A stretch of 64,000 nt of DNA, taken from the NCBI GenBank assembly GCA_946965045.2, contig OX337237.1, forward strand, positions 496,001-560,000, given 5' to 3'. Of the stretch, positions 10,456 through 22,088 are shown piece by piece (position 1 is the stretch's first letter; each line of letters starts with the position of its first letter). A program made the position numbers and the translations under genes. The DNA comes from Epithemia pelagica. Taxonomy: Eukaryota > Protista > Bacillariophyta. The notes under the pieces were generated by a model, which saw nothing but the letters and a program-made list of their open reading frames with translations, did no database searches and was not told the origin of the DNA.

Positions 10456-13400
10456 ATGGTACGATCGTTTCGTTCCGGGTGCCAATTTGGTGGTATCATT
10501 GATCTCGGGTGGTGTTACTGTTATGGTGGTGGATGTTGGCATGGCGAGGCTGAACAAAATATCTCCATGATGCGATCCTTCGAGCAGACGTCCTTCGGGA
10601 CAACCACGTCTCCAATAAAAGGTGGCAGCCACCGTGTCGTCACTATGGTCGTCGTCGTCGTCTGCTGTAGTGGTAGTTGCATCGCCAGGGTCATCTGGTT
10701 GCTCTTGTGGTGGACCACACGGGCGTGAACGACGACGATGCCTCACCAAGGTGCGCCATTCATACAACTCGTGGACCGACACGAGGCCACTGACACTGGC
10801 ATGTATGGCGACGGTGCTCCATCGTTTGCGCAACTTTTTGTATCGACCCTTGTCCTATTTCGTCTACCCATTTTGGTCTATGGTCGTTGTTGGGTTGTGG
10901 TGGTTTGGTTCTTGGTTCCTGGGTGCTGCGGCAGCTTCTATTCCCCCAGCAAGACGTTTGTGTGTATATGTATTTGTATGTATGTATGAAGGTTGTTGTG
11001 GTTGTGGAACACAACGTTCTCGGCGGACATTCCAGTCGATGTGGTGGGCGATGCAACATGTTTCTCTTGTCGTGCTCTCGGTTGTTCTCTTCTTGTTCAA
11101 TCTCTTTGTTGATCGGTTCTCTTGTTTGATCTCTTTTGCTACGCAGAATCCAGGTGCTACATGACAATAGGACTACAAAAGTTTCAAGTTTTATGTCATG
11201 TTCTGCTCTGTTGTTTTCTTGTTGCGTGCTTGTTGCCCCGCCCCGTACAGACCATACGGACTCCTTGCAAATTCTATTTTTCAATTTTCATGGCTGCATC
11301 CCATTCCTCCACCAGTCTCAACAGACTGCTGGTGCATGCGGGGAATCTCCCACTCTTGCTGTGAGCCTTTCAAGGACCATTGAACGGAATACCGATGTTT
11401 GGACAATCATGGTTGAAGCCCTGTGTGGTTTCTCGGGAGACATTTTTGTTTCAATTGGCATTGCTGGACGACCTACAATGTGTTTAGCTTGAAAGCAGTG
11501 CCTTCACCGAACATCCATCTAGGTAGGGAAGTATGAAACAACTGTAACACATCTCTTTCACGGGTGGCTTGGATCTGTTCTTGGAAGCCAACCGCACATG
11601 TACGATGGCGAGCGACATTTGACTAACAGCAATCATTTATCGCAAGATTTATCAAACTCTCAGTGGCACCCAATCCTTGTTAATTCCCAACAAACCAACA
11701 AATTACGTTGAGCATGAAACGCTCTTTTTCCGTTAGCAGTTGAGCGTCTCTGTGGAGGCCGTTTCCAATCGGTGCGTAAGTTTCGTGCGAACATCTTGGT
11801 TGACAAGCTTGACTCGTCCATCTGTGACCCTGAACTTACCATATAAGATGCTGTTGCGCAGATATTTGATTTGGCAATGCTCCAGGCAAAGGCGCACAGG
11901 GCGACCCTATTTATCATTTGTCGTATGCCTCCCCCCAAGCTTTTCACAGCCAGCAATTTCCAGGGATTCAACTTCGCTACAGACCAATATTGTGGTCGGA
12001 CAAATGCCTCCAGATTGTTAGCAGGAACAATGAAAATGAACCGATCTTTGTCAAAGACAACAGGTGTGGCTCGTCGTCGACTTGCAATGCTTGTATTTTT
12101 TGTCGCTCTTCTTCCCAAACCTTGGATTCTTCTTCTTCTTTTTGTGCCTTGCGTCCTTTTCCTGCTTCTTCTCGACGTTTTCGTACTTCGGCCGATTTGG
12201 TCATGTTGCGACTGTGATCGTGACAGGTCCAGCGGAGGCTGCTTTCTTGTTTTTTCCTCTCCTCCTCCACACGGGCAGCGGCAGCCACTGTGGAAAAAGG
12301 ATCGTGGTTGCTACATGCTGTCGTTCGTTCCTTGTCGTCGTAGTCCTCGTCATCCTCTTCATCTTCGGCCTTCGGCATTTATCGGCCTTTCCGGAATCTC
12401 CACGAGGACCAACTCCACGTTTGTTGAATCGTCCCTTGGCCATGGTGATGCTGTTGCGGGGATTGCTTTCGGTGGATAGAATGGAACGATATCTGATAGC
12501 GTTCATCTACCTGTCGTCGTGGTTGTCGTGACGATGTCGTCCGACAATGGGAGTAAGTCGACTTTGTGGCTTTGAATGTCCTGATGACTGTCGTGAGAAT
12601 GTCGTGATTGTCGAAAAAATGTCGTATTCGCATTGTTAACTTGTACTCAATACGGTTCAGTGTGCATAGCCACGATTTAGGATAGTATAGTTGTGGTTGT
12701 CATCCCTTTGGGCACTCCAAACAAGACAAGGCGAGCGAGCGAGTTTCCAGAAAGCAACTGCAACAAAACAAAAATTCTCACGGCGACGAACGGCGCCTCC
12801 CCCAGCAACACTCTCTCCGACCACAACAAAGCACGCTTGCAAGCCGCCCTGGCCCGCCTCTCCCCCAGCAACCCCGACGACGCCGAAATCACCACAGGAG
12901 CCCGATTTCTTGGCCAACCGATCGGCTCCCAACCCTTTGCCCGATCCTTCATCCAGAAGCGAATTGAAAAAATCACCAAAGCCACCGCAACCCTGCGACA
13001 CTTGGACGACCTGCAGACACGGAGTATCTTGTTTAAATACTCCGCGGTCCCCGCGTTGCTCCACCTTCTTCCTACCGATATTGCCCAGGCCCATCCACAA
13101 CCCAACCAGCGGACCAGCCTATGGACCAGCCCCACCACAGAGGCGGTAGACAGGTTGATTGCTACGTTCCTCGCCCAACTGACCTCTACGCCCATGTCCG
13201 CCATCCCACCCATGGCACCACTCATAGCCTCCCTCCCTCAACGTCTGGGTGGCCTAGGTTACCACCACGCCGCAGCTTTAGCGTTCCCGTGCCTCCTGAC
13301 ACAAACCACTCGGGCCATCCGGTTGGCCCAGTCCAAAGCCACCCCGATCCCACCTTCCCACCGTCGCCAATTCCACAACTGGGAACAGAGCAAAAACCCA

Positions 13401-13788
13401 AGGCTGACACAGTTTCGACGAGGCCTTGCACTCCTGACAAAGGAGTACGCCGACGCGGCCCTCGTCACCCCACAACGATTCGACCACACAACACACCGTT
13501 GTCAGACACACCACATACTGACAACACACATCATTCCCAACCTGTTTGAGATCACACCGGCGGAACACCGCATCCACTTACCGGCCCTGTTGTCCCCGAT
13601 GACGAGTATGGCAATCCACATGCCAAGACCCTCGATCCGATTCCGCTTGGCCAACCCTGTCTTCCGCACGGCGATTCGTCGGAAACTCCGGATTCCATTT
13701 TTTCTTGCCACCACCACAACTACCCACTCCACATGCCGATGCCCTGCCCGGCGAATCCTTGACCCAGAAGGGGACCACCTGTTCAACT

Positions 13789-14546
13789 TGTTAGGATTCT
13801 CACCGAAAACTAGGTGGCGAAACCTACAACTCATCGAATGATGCTAGTATTTTATGGCATCCGATGACATTTTCCTAAAAGTGAGAAAAGAATGTCGGCA
13901 TGCTCGCGAAACTATAAATTTGGCCACGGCATGCTCGCAGTGCACGCGTTATCGGCGACCGCTCGGATATTAACTATGGCCCAACACGTGCGCGCCCAAA
14001 ACTATCAAGTGCGCGCCTCTACTATCCGAGTACGCGCATCCACGATTCGACCTAACGGTCTATGTAATCAGAGCACGAATCACGATCACGCGAGACCATA
14101 TCTCTGTTCCCACAAATCCAAGAATGCAAACAGCAACGCGCCCAGGACAAGACTTATACCACGACAAAGCAAGAGCTGTTGCATCCCATACATGTTATCC
14201 ATCACCCTATACATTCAATATACACCAATGCCGGTCTACTCCAACCAGTGAGGACCTATCACATCAGATCCATGGCCGTATACAAGAGCCAGGACTTTGG
14301 CACCATCAACCACCTTAGTTAGTAATCTTCTCACAATCATTAATATCATCATTTTAACACTCATCTTAAGACTAACCTCTTATCAGTGGACCGACTGCCC
14401 CCACCCACGGCGGACTTCGACTTGCAACTCTTCTCTGACCCGTGGAGGATTGTTGTATCGGTTGGTGATTCGATTGTCGGCTCAGCGAGCCTTTTACCTA
14501 TCCTACCTATCTGTCTAACCCCTGTTGAATCGAGAGAAGTTTATCA
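13789..14546 (+). repeat. Copia-1 5' LTR (758 bp)
   Basis: tgttaggatt...gaagtttatca. One mismatch to the 3' LTR was seen by eye (cgcgcc vs cgtgcc). Confidence 0.97.
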
Positions 14547-14557
14547 GATTAACAGTC
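14547..14557 (+). promoter_or_regulatory. Putative primer-binding site complementary to a tRNA-Asn(GUU) anticodon arm
   Basis: GATTAACAGTC directly follows the LTR. Its reverse complement GACTGTTAATC fits tRNA positions 30-40 with a GTT anticodon. Confidence 0.55.
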
Positions 14558-14584
14558 TCATCGTTTATTTCCGAGAAGCTTTCG

Positions 14585-15340
14585 ATGTCTCACGACGATT
14601 CCAACCTCTCTATTCGACACATCTTTCATTCCTTCCAACAAAGCGGGGAGGAACTCCATCCACCCGTGTCCCATCCGGGCGAGCCCTTGGTTGAAACTCC
14701 GAAACAGACCCCGACTCAGGCCAGTGCTCCGAATCCCTTCCAGACCCCGGACCAAGCGGTCCAGCCTCCTTCGATCCCGACTCAACCTTCGACTCCGCCT
14801 CGCCGTTTGAACCCTACTCGCACCCGACGTACGAGCCGTCTTCTTACTGCGCATATCCGACACTTCCGCGAGCCGACTGAGTCGACTACCGACCCCGACG
14901 TGATCCGTTCCACAACCGAACGCGAGGTCGATTTCCAGTCCGTCCAACCCGTGACTGACCTTGAGGACATCCAACGACTTCTCGACCTCTTGAACCAGTG
15001 CTCGAGACGCCGTTTCATTGTCCAAGCCCTGTTGGGCAACCCTGTGGAACCCATCCGTATTCGATTCATCTCCTTTGAACGTCCAACCAACTACTTCCAC
15101 ACCATCTGGATCGTCAACTCGACGACGAATCCGCTACCTACCCCGACTACTCGTCTCGACGAGTACGTCTCCTTTGTTCACGAGATCCATCTCTGCCAGG
15201 ATTTCCGTGCGACTATCTACCCTCTCTTCACTCAACACGTGAACCACTTGTTGGAAGACGACGACGTTGAAGAACTAGCCACTACAGTGACCGATTCCGC
15301 ATCTCGTCTTCAGTACCGAGCCGAAAGTGACCAAGAATAA
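14585..15340 (+). CDS. Extra ORF of unknown function (251 aa) between the PBS and gag of copia-1
   Basis: First ATG is at 14585 (the ORF-track start is a TTG inside the LTR). The N-half is Pro/Thr-rich and the C-half looks globular. It ends 314 nt before gag-pol. Confidence 0.6.
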   Translation: MSHDDSNLSIRHIFHSFQQSGEELHPPVSHPGEPLVETPKQTPTQASAPNPFQTPDQAVQPPSIPTQPSTPPRRLNPTRTRRTSRLLTAHIRHFREPTESTTDPDVIRSTTEREVDFQSVQPVTDLEDIQRLLDLLNQCSRRRFIVQALLGNPVEPIRIRFISFERPTNYFHTIWIVNSTTNPLPTPTTRLDEYVSFVHEIHLCQDFRATIYPLFTQHVNHLLEDDDVEELATTVTDSASRLQYRAESDQE

Positions 15341-15654
15341 GTAACTTTACGTAGTTTCTACACCAAACCAGACACAAGACCGAGTTCCGCACATCCGGGT
15401 ACCCTTGGTCGCACAACACGCCACACATTCCCGTCCAATCGCGAAAATTCGGCGAAAATTTGTTGAAACTCGGCGAAAATTTGTCGGAATCAACGGAAAT
15501 TTCCAGGAGTCGCACATCACAACACACATCCGGGTATCACATACGTGGTACATACGTGGCACACGTGGTACATCCGGGTTCCCATCACATCACACATTAA
15601 ATAAACCACATCACACCGCACATTAAATAAACATCGAACCAACCAAATAACATC

Positions 15655-18600
15655 ATGGAAACGACACCTCCCAAGACACCGTTTACTCCTCCTGAGGACA
15701 AGTCAAGTCATATAACCAACCAAGATCTCTTCGACCATATAACTAAAGGCATCTTTGGTTGTAATGATGAACGAGCCCAATCACTTCAAAAGTGGATGCG
15801 ACATCATGGTTTTGAACATATCCTTCATGTCCTCGACCATGTTGCAACTGATCCCGAGGAGACACTCAAGGATCTCATGCAATACAAGGTTGGAAAACAA
15901 GTCAACGACCTACAGACAAGTACAAGATTACAACTCAAACTAATGGCATATTGGTTACTACAACAACGGCAACTCCAACATGGAAAACTACCCCGTGCTA
16001 CATGGATGAACCTCACGAGGGACCAATATGACGATTGGAGGATCAACACCGACTTTACCAAGTCTGGTATGAACCAAGACCCAGTTTCTCCTCTGAAATC
16101 ACCTGCACACTCCGTATCATCCCGATCTCCCACTTCATCCTCTACAACATCTCAATCCATGTTAGATCTCTCTGCTTTCAAGAAAGGAACCAAAAGAGAT
16201 GCAACAGCATTTGAATCATTCAAAGACGAACGATACTTTGATTCGTTTTGGCGTGTATTCAAATCAACTGCGAAAGCACAAGGATTGTCGAATGTTCTTG
16301 ATTTCGATTACAAGGTACCCAAGGATGACGAATGCGCAGAGTTACTTTTCCGAGAACAACAAGTCTTTGTCTATTCTGTACTTGTACGTATTATCCAAAC
16401 CGACCAAGGAAGAGCATATGTTCGAGAACATGAACATGATGAAGATGCAAGAGCCGTCTTGAAGAAACTCCATGTTCTACACACTGAATCTGATCTAGCT
16501 AAGCGAGAAGTGTTACGCCTAACAAGCTACATTTCGAATCTTCGACTGGATGACTCTTGGCGTGGTACAACTCGTCAGTTTCTCCTACATTTTCAAGAAC
16601 AGCTACGACTTCTGGATAACCTTGTACCACTGTCGGATCGTATCCATGACCATACAAGGATGACCTTCCTTATGCAAGCCGTTGAAAAGGTACCTGATTT
16701 AAGACGAGTCAAGATCTTGGATAACGTTGTCAACACAAAATCTGGAGCCAAGTCTCTCTGTTATCAATCATATTTCCGCCTGCTTCTTGATGCTGCTTTT
16801 GACCATGACCAAGCTACCCGAACTTCTGCGTCTAACCGCCGTCGTCATGTAAAGCAACATGAATTTCAGTTGGATGGACCTTTTGAACCAGAGGAGCCCC
16901 CTGACTACCAGATCAACAACACGAATATCCAATCTGAAAAGTCCCCAACTTCGTCGAAAATCAGCCTTCCAAGAGATGTATGGTTTAAACTCTCTGAAGA
17001 GGATCGGCAAATCATTGTCGACTTCAATAAATCCGTCCAAGATTCCCCGACAACTCCACGCAAGGTCCAAACACATTCTCTTGACATTGATCCTGAACCG
17101 GACCCTGATCCTGATGCCAACAACATTGGTGATACCCATCAAGATGCACCAGAACAAGATCCATTCGGTACATCCTCTGATCCGGTTACCCAGTTTGTAC
17201 ACCAGGCTATTGCATCGACAGATATCAATCATCCAGCATCTGACCTCAGCAACATCTTGTCAACTTCTACGACAAAGTCAAGTCCTAAAGTCAAGTTCAA
17301 GTCTTCTGCTGATCACAAGCAAAAGGTTCATATGTCACGATATCTATTCTCCCGCAAATCCACCTTTTCTGGTAATCAACTCATCGATCGAGGTGCCAAT
17401 GGAGGCCTTGCAGGATCTGACATGCGTATCCTTGCCAAAACCGGACGTCATATTACCATCGTAGGTATTGACAATCATGAATTGACTGGCCTTCCAGTTG
17501 TTACCTGTGCTGCCAAGTTTGATACAAGTGATGGACCCATTATTGGTATCTTCAATGAGTATGCCCACTATGGAAAGGGTTTATCTATCCATGCCCCAGC
17601 GCAATTTGAACATTTCGGCCTATCTGTCGACGAACGATCCGTCAAGGTTGATGGCAAACAACGCATTACTACCCTTGATGGACGCGCATTGCCCTTACGA
17701 ATCAAGGATGGCCTTGCATACATTCAATCTCTGGGAATCCCTTCTGATGACGATATGGATAAATATCCGCATATTGTGTTCACTTCACCCCATATCTGGG
17801 ATCCTTCTGTACTTGACCATACCCATCCAGACCCCCATCAAGACCCTGCACCGAACTGGACATCTGTGGAGACTGATAGTAGTATGGAAACGTACCCCTA
17901 TGACCAATATGGGGAGTATACCGATCGCGTTGTATGCACCTTGAATCTCCTCCTTGATCTCCCATATGATCATGGCCCCGATACACCTTCCTTCTTTTCC
18001 ATCTATGCTGATCAAGATGGCAACGACTCCACACTTCATGCGTCTGTCCACAAACTCTACAAGGAACAATACGACTGGAAGAAATTTCGCCCTTTCTTTG
18101 GGTGGCAATCGGAAGACGTAATCGCCGATACGTTCAAGCATACAACTCGTCATGGACACATTTCCTTTGACCAGGATACCTTGAAGAAACACTTTAAGGC
18201 CCGGAATCCTATCCTTAACCTACCACGACGGCATGAACCCGTTGCCACTGACTCCATCTTCTCCGACACCCCGGCTGTTAACCATGGTGGCAAGATTGCT
18301 CAGATTTTTGTTGGTCGTGATACTTTGGTTACTGACATTTATGGTATCAAGTCTACCAAGCAATTCGTCAATACCCTCCAGGATAACATTCGTACACGTG
18401 GTGTCATGGAGACTTTGATCAGTGATGGTGGTTCGTCACTTATTTCCCACAAGGTCAAGGATATTCTTCGCACCCTTCTGATTGGTGAATACCGTTCCAA
18501 GCCCTATCATCAACACCAGAACAAAGCTGAGAACCGCTACCAGACCGTTAAGCGTATGACCAATGCTATCATGAATGCCTCTGGTTGCCCTGCTTCTGCA

Positions 18601-21336
18601 TGGTTACTTTGTTTAGAATATGTGTGTGACCTCCTCAATCACACTTCCTCTCCCACCCACTCTGGCCGCACCCCTCTTGAGGCTCTTACCGGTACCCCAC
18701 CCAACATAACCCATCTCCTTTTCTTTCCTTTCTGGGATGAGGTCTACTATCGTGTCGACCCTTCTGAACCTACCTCCGGTTCTTACCCTTCGTCTCCCGA
18801 CGAGAAGATTGGCCACTGGGTTGGTTTTGCCCACAATGTTGGTGATGCCTTTACTTGGAAGATCCTCACTGCCGACAACGTCATCATCTACCGTTCCGCT
18901 GTCCGTCGCGTTGCCTCCACTACCCCCAACCTTCGTGTGGATATCTCTTCAGGGGAGGAGTCGCCGCATAAACCCACTGACAAGCAAGGTGACACTGTCT
19001 TTATTCGCAGCAGAAGTGAAGACCCATCCACACCTATGCCAACAATTGACTACGACGATTTAGTTGGACGCACATTCCTTTGTGACATTGAAGAAAATGG
19101 GGAGCGCCACCGAGCACGAGTAATCAAACGAGTTGTCGACCTGGAACAAGATGCAACCAAACAAGAAGATCGACTCAAATATATCTTTCGCAAGTCTAAC
19201 TCCAATGTTGATGAGATGATCTCCTACAACCAGCTCATGGAATACATTGAAAGGGATAATCAAGCCCAAACGACAGGGGATAGTCTCTTCCGATTCAGAG
19301 ACGTTATTGCACACCAAGGACCTTTGAACTCAAGCGACCCAGACTATAAAGGGAGTAAATATAATGTCCTTGTTGATTGGGAGACTGGGGAGACGACATA
19401 CGAACCTCTATCTCTTATTGCAAATGATGACCCCATCACAGTCGCCATCTATGCCAAGAAAAATGGTTTGCTGGATCTACCTGGATGGAAACATCTCAAG
19501 CGATACGTCAAGACAAGCAAAAGACTCATTCGAGCAGCTAAACAATCCAGGATCAAACAAGTTCGTCGCTCTATCAAGTACAAGTTTGGTTTCCAAGTAC
19601 CTCGCACCTATGAAGAAGCAGTGGAACTAGACAAGCAATTTGGGAACACGAAATGGCAAGACGCAACAGAATTGGAACTTTCACAGATCCAATCGTATAA
19701 CACTTTCAAGGACCATGGAAAAGCCAAGTTCATTAATGGGAAATTGGCCAATGCACCAGAAGGATATCATAAGATAAGAGTACATCTGGTCTTTGATGTC
19801 AAGCATGACGGAAGGCACAAGGCACGACTTGTCGCAGATGGACATCTCACCAAGGAACCCGTTGAGACCATCTATTCAGGGGTTGTCTCCATTCGCAACC
19901 TTCGCGTTGCCATATTTCTTGGAACCATGAACGACATGGAAATATGGGGAGCAGATATTGGGAACGCATACCTAGAAGCATTGACAGGAGAGAAGATTTT
20001 CATCATTGCAGGACCAGAGTTCAAGGAGTTAGAAGGACATATCTTGATCATCTACAAGGCATTATATGGTCTCAAATCCTCAGGTGCTCGCTGGCATGAC
20101 AAACTGTTTGATGTTCTCATTGATATGGGATTTTCTCCAAGCAAGGCTGACCCTGATATTTGGATGAAGAAGGCTCCTGGAGAAGACTGTTATGAATATA
20201 TTGCTGTATATGTTGATGACTTAGCTATCGTTGCCATGGACCCTGAAGCTGTCTGCAAGATCTTTACAGAAAAATACAACTTCAAACTCAAAGGAGTCGG
20301 ACCTATCGAGTATCACTTGGGGTGTCGTTATACCAAAGATCCAGACGGTACACTTGTGTCTGACCCACGAAGGTACATCGAGAAGATGATGGATACCTAT
20401 GAACGATTGTTCAATGAGAAACCCAAGAAAGCAAAGCCGCCAGTCATTGCTAACGATCATCCTGAACTCGATGACTCTGAGCTCTTAGATGAAGAAGGGA
20501 CCCAGCATTTCCAGACTCTTATTGGACAACTGCAATGGCTAATTACCATTGGCCGTTTTGATGTCTTTCCTGCTACCATGACTCTATCAAGGTTCAGAGC
20601 TGCTCCAAGGATTGGTCATTTAAAGCGAGCTAAGCGCATCTATGGATACCTCATGTCATTTCCTGATGGGTCTATCAGATTCCGCACTGGGGAGCCAGAT
20701 TTATCAGCTTTACCTATCCAAGAATACGATTGGAGTCGTACCGTATACATGGACGCCAAGGAACGTATCCCTGAGGACTGTCCAACCCCACTTGGGCGTT
20801 TTGTGACAACTATACATTATGTCGACGCAAATCTCATGCATGATATGGTTACTGGGAAAGCAGTTACAGCCATCCTGCATTTTGTAAATGGTACACCCGT
20901 GGACTGGTACAGTAAGCGACAAGCCACAGTGGAGACAGCCACGTATGGATCTGAATTTGTTGCCGCAAGGACTGCAGTTGATCAGATCACGGAGCTACGC
21001 CTTACACTCCGATACTTGGGAGTCCCTCTACGAGAGAAGAGTTATATGTTTGGAGATAACCGCTCTGTCGTTATCAATAGCGCCGCACCACACTCAATCA
21101 TCTCCAAGAGGCACCATCTCCTATCCTATCACCGAGTCCGTGAAGCTATCGCTGCAAAGTACGTCGCATTCTACTGGAAAGATGGAAAGACAAACCCAGC
21201 CGATATCCTCAGTAAACATTGGGAATTCGCCGCAGTTTGGCCCATGCTCAGATCTTTGTTATTCTGGAGAGGAAAAATCCAGGAAAGTGATGAGGGAATT
21301 GACAATCCTCATTCGACGAATTGTGGGGAGTGTTAG
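15655..21336 (+). CDS. gag-pol: Copia-1 Gag-Pol polyprotein (1893 aa, intact)
   Basis: Protease LIDRGANGG; integrase TDSIFS/SDGG/NKAENRY; chromo-like VLVDWETGETTYEPL; RT KARLVADG and YIAVYVDDL; RNase H YVDAN, TYGSEF, GDNRS, NPADILSK. Confidence 0.97.
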   Translation: METTPPKTPFTPPEDKSSHITNQDLFDHITKGIFGCNDERAQSLQKWMRHHGFEHILHVLDHVATDPEETLKDLMQYKVGKQVNDLQTSTRLQLKLMAYWLLQQRQLQHGKLPRATWMNLTRDQYDDWRINTDFTKSGMNQDPVSPLKSPAHSVSSRSPTSSSTTSQSMLDLSAFKKGTKRDATAFESFKDERYFDSFWRVFKSTAKAQGLSNVLDFDYKVPKDDECAELLFREQQVFVYSVLVRIIQTDQGRAYVREHEHDEDARAVLKKLHVLHTESDLAKREVLRLTSYISNLRLDDSWRGTTRQFLLHFQEQLRLLDNLVPLSDRIHDHTRMTFLMQAVEKVPDLRRVKILDNVVNTKSGAKSLCYQSYFRLLLDAAFDHDQATRTSASNRRRHVKQHEFQLDGPFEPEEPPDYQINNTNIQSEKSPTSSKISLPRDVWFKLSEEDRQIIVDFNKSVQDSPTTPRKVQTHSLDIDPEPDPDPDANNIGDTHQDAPEQDPFGTSSDPVTQFVHQAIASTDINHPASDLSNILSTSTTKSSPKVKFKSSADHKQKVHMSRYLFSRKSTFSGNQLIDRGANGGLAGSDMRILAKTGRHITIVGIDNHELTGLPVVTCAAKFDTSDGPIIGIFNEYAHYGKGLSIHAPAQFEHFGLSVDERSVKVDGKQRITTLDGRALPLRIKDGLAYIQSLGIPSDDDMDKYPHIVFTSPHIWDPSVLDHTHPDPHQDPAPNWTSVETDSSMETYPYDQYGEYTDRVVCTLNLLLDLPYDHGPDTPSFFSIYADQDGNDSTLHASVHKLYKEQYDWKKFRPFFGWQSEDVIADTFKHTTRHGHISFDQDTLKKHFKARNPILNLPRRHEPVATDSIFSDTPAVNHGGKIAQIFVGRDTLVTDIYGIKSTKQFVNTLQDNIRTRGVMETLISDGGSSLISHKVKDILRTLLIGEYRSKPYHQHQNKAENRYQTVKRMTNAIMNASGCPASAWLLCLEYVCDLLNHTSSPTHSGRTPLEALTGTPPNITHLLFFPFWDEVYYRVDPSEPTSGSYPSSPDEKIGHWVGFAHNVGDAFTWKILTADNVIIYRSAVRRVASTTPNLRVDISSGEESPHKPTDKQGDTVFIRSRSEDPSTPMPTIDYDDLVGRTFLCDIEENGERHRARVIKRVVDLEQDATKQEDRLKYIFRKSNSNVDEMISYNQLMEYIERDNQAQTTGDSLFRFRDVIAHQGPLNSSDPDYKGSKYNVLVDWETGETTYEPLSLIANDDPITVAIYAKKNGLLDLPGWKHLKRYVKTSKRLIRAAKQSRIKQVRRSIKYKFGFQVPRTYEEAVELDKQFGNTKWQDATELELSQIQSYNTFKDHGKAKFINGKLANAPEGYHKIRVHLVFDVKHDGRHKARLVADGHLTKEPVETIYSGVVSIRNLRVAIFLGTMNDMEIWGADIGNAYLEALTGEKIFIIAGPEFKELEGHILIIYKALYGLKSSGARWHDKLFDVLIDMGFSPSKADPDIWMKKAPGEDCYEYIAVYVDDLAIVAMDPEAVCKIFTEKYNFKLKGVGPIEYHLGCRYTKDPDGTLVSDPRRYIEKMMDTYERLFNEKPKKAKPPVIANDHPELDDSELLDEEGTQHFQTLIGQLQWLITIGRFDVFPATMTLSRFRAAPRIGHLKRAKRIYGYLMSFPDGSIRFRTGEPDLSALPIQEYDWSRTVYMDAKERIPEDCPTPLGRFVTTIHYVDANLMHDMVTGKAVTAILHFVNGTPVDWYSKRQATVETATYGSEFVAARTAVDQITELRLTLRYLGVPLREKSYMFGDNRSVVINSAAPHSIISKRHHLLSYHRVREAIAAKYVAFYWKDGKTNPADILSKHWEFAAVWPMLRSLLFWRGKIQESDEGIDNPHSTNCGEC

Positions 21337-22088
21337 GATTCTCACCGAAAACTAGGTGGCGAAACCTACAACTCATCGAATGATGCTAGTATTTTATGGC
21401 ATCCGATGACATTTTCCTAAAAGTGAGAAAAGAATGTCGGCATGCTCGCGAAACTATAAATTTGGCCACGGCATGCTCGCAGTGCACGCGTTATCGGCGA
21501 CCGCTCGGATATTAACTATGGCCCAACACGTGCGTGCCCAAAACTATCAAGTGCGCGCCTCTACTATCCGAGTACGCGCATCCACGATTCGACCTAACGG
21601 TCTATGTAATCAGAGCACGAATCACGATCACGCGAGACCATATCTCTGTTCCCACAAATCCAAGAATGCAAACAGCAACGCGCCCAGGACAAGACTTATA
21701 CCACGACAAAGCAAGAGCTGTTGCATCCCATACATGTTATCCATCACCCTATACATTCAATATACACCAATGCCGGTCTACTCCAACCAGTGAGGACCTA
21801 TCACATCAGATCCATGGCCGTATACAAGAGCCAGGACTTTGGCACCATCAACCACCTTAGTTAGTAATCTTCTCACAATCATTAATATCATCATTTTAAC
21901 ACTCATCTTAAGACTAACCTCTTATCAGTGGACCGACTGCCCCCACCCACGGCGGACTTCGACTTGCAACTCTTCTCTGACCCGTGGAGGATTGTTGTAT
22001 CGGTTGGTGATTCGATTGTCGGCTCAGCGAGCCTTTTACCTATCCTACCTATCTGTCTAACCCCTGTTGAATCGAGAGAAGTTTATCA
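21331..22088 (+). repeat. Copia-1 3' LTR (758 bp)
   Basis: Direct repeat of 13789-14546. Confidence 0.97.

Larger units (their letters stand above)
13789..22088 (+). mobile_element. Copia-1: full-length Ty1/copia (CoDi-like) LTR retrotransposon, 8300 bp
   Basis: 758-bp TG...CA LTRs, 5-bp TSD CAACT (13784-13788 and 22089-22093), PPT ggggag before the 3' LTR, and gag-PR-IN-RT-RH order. The empty site is visible at about 52043-52047. Confidence 0.97.

Noticed and set aside
13892-14518. Protein-coding ORFs inside the copia-1 and copia-2 LTRs
   Set aside because: They are short, motif-less and duplicated only because LTRs are duplicated.
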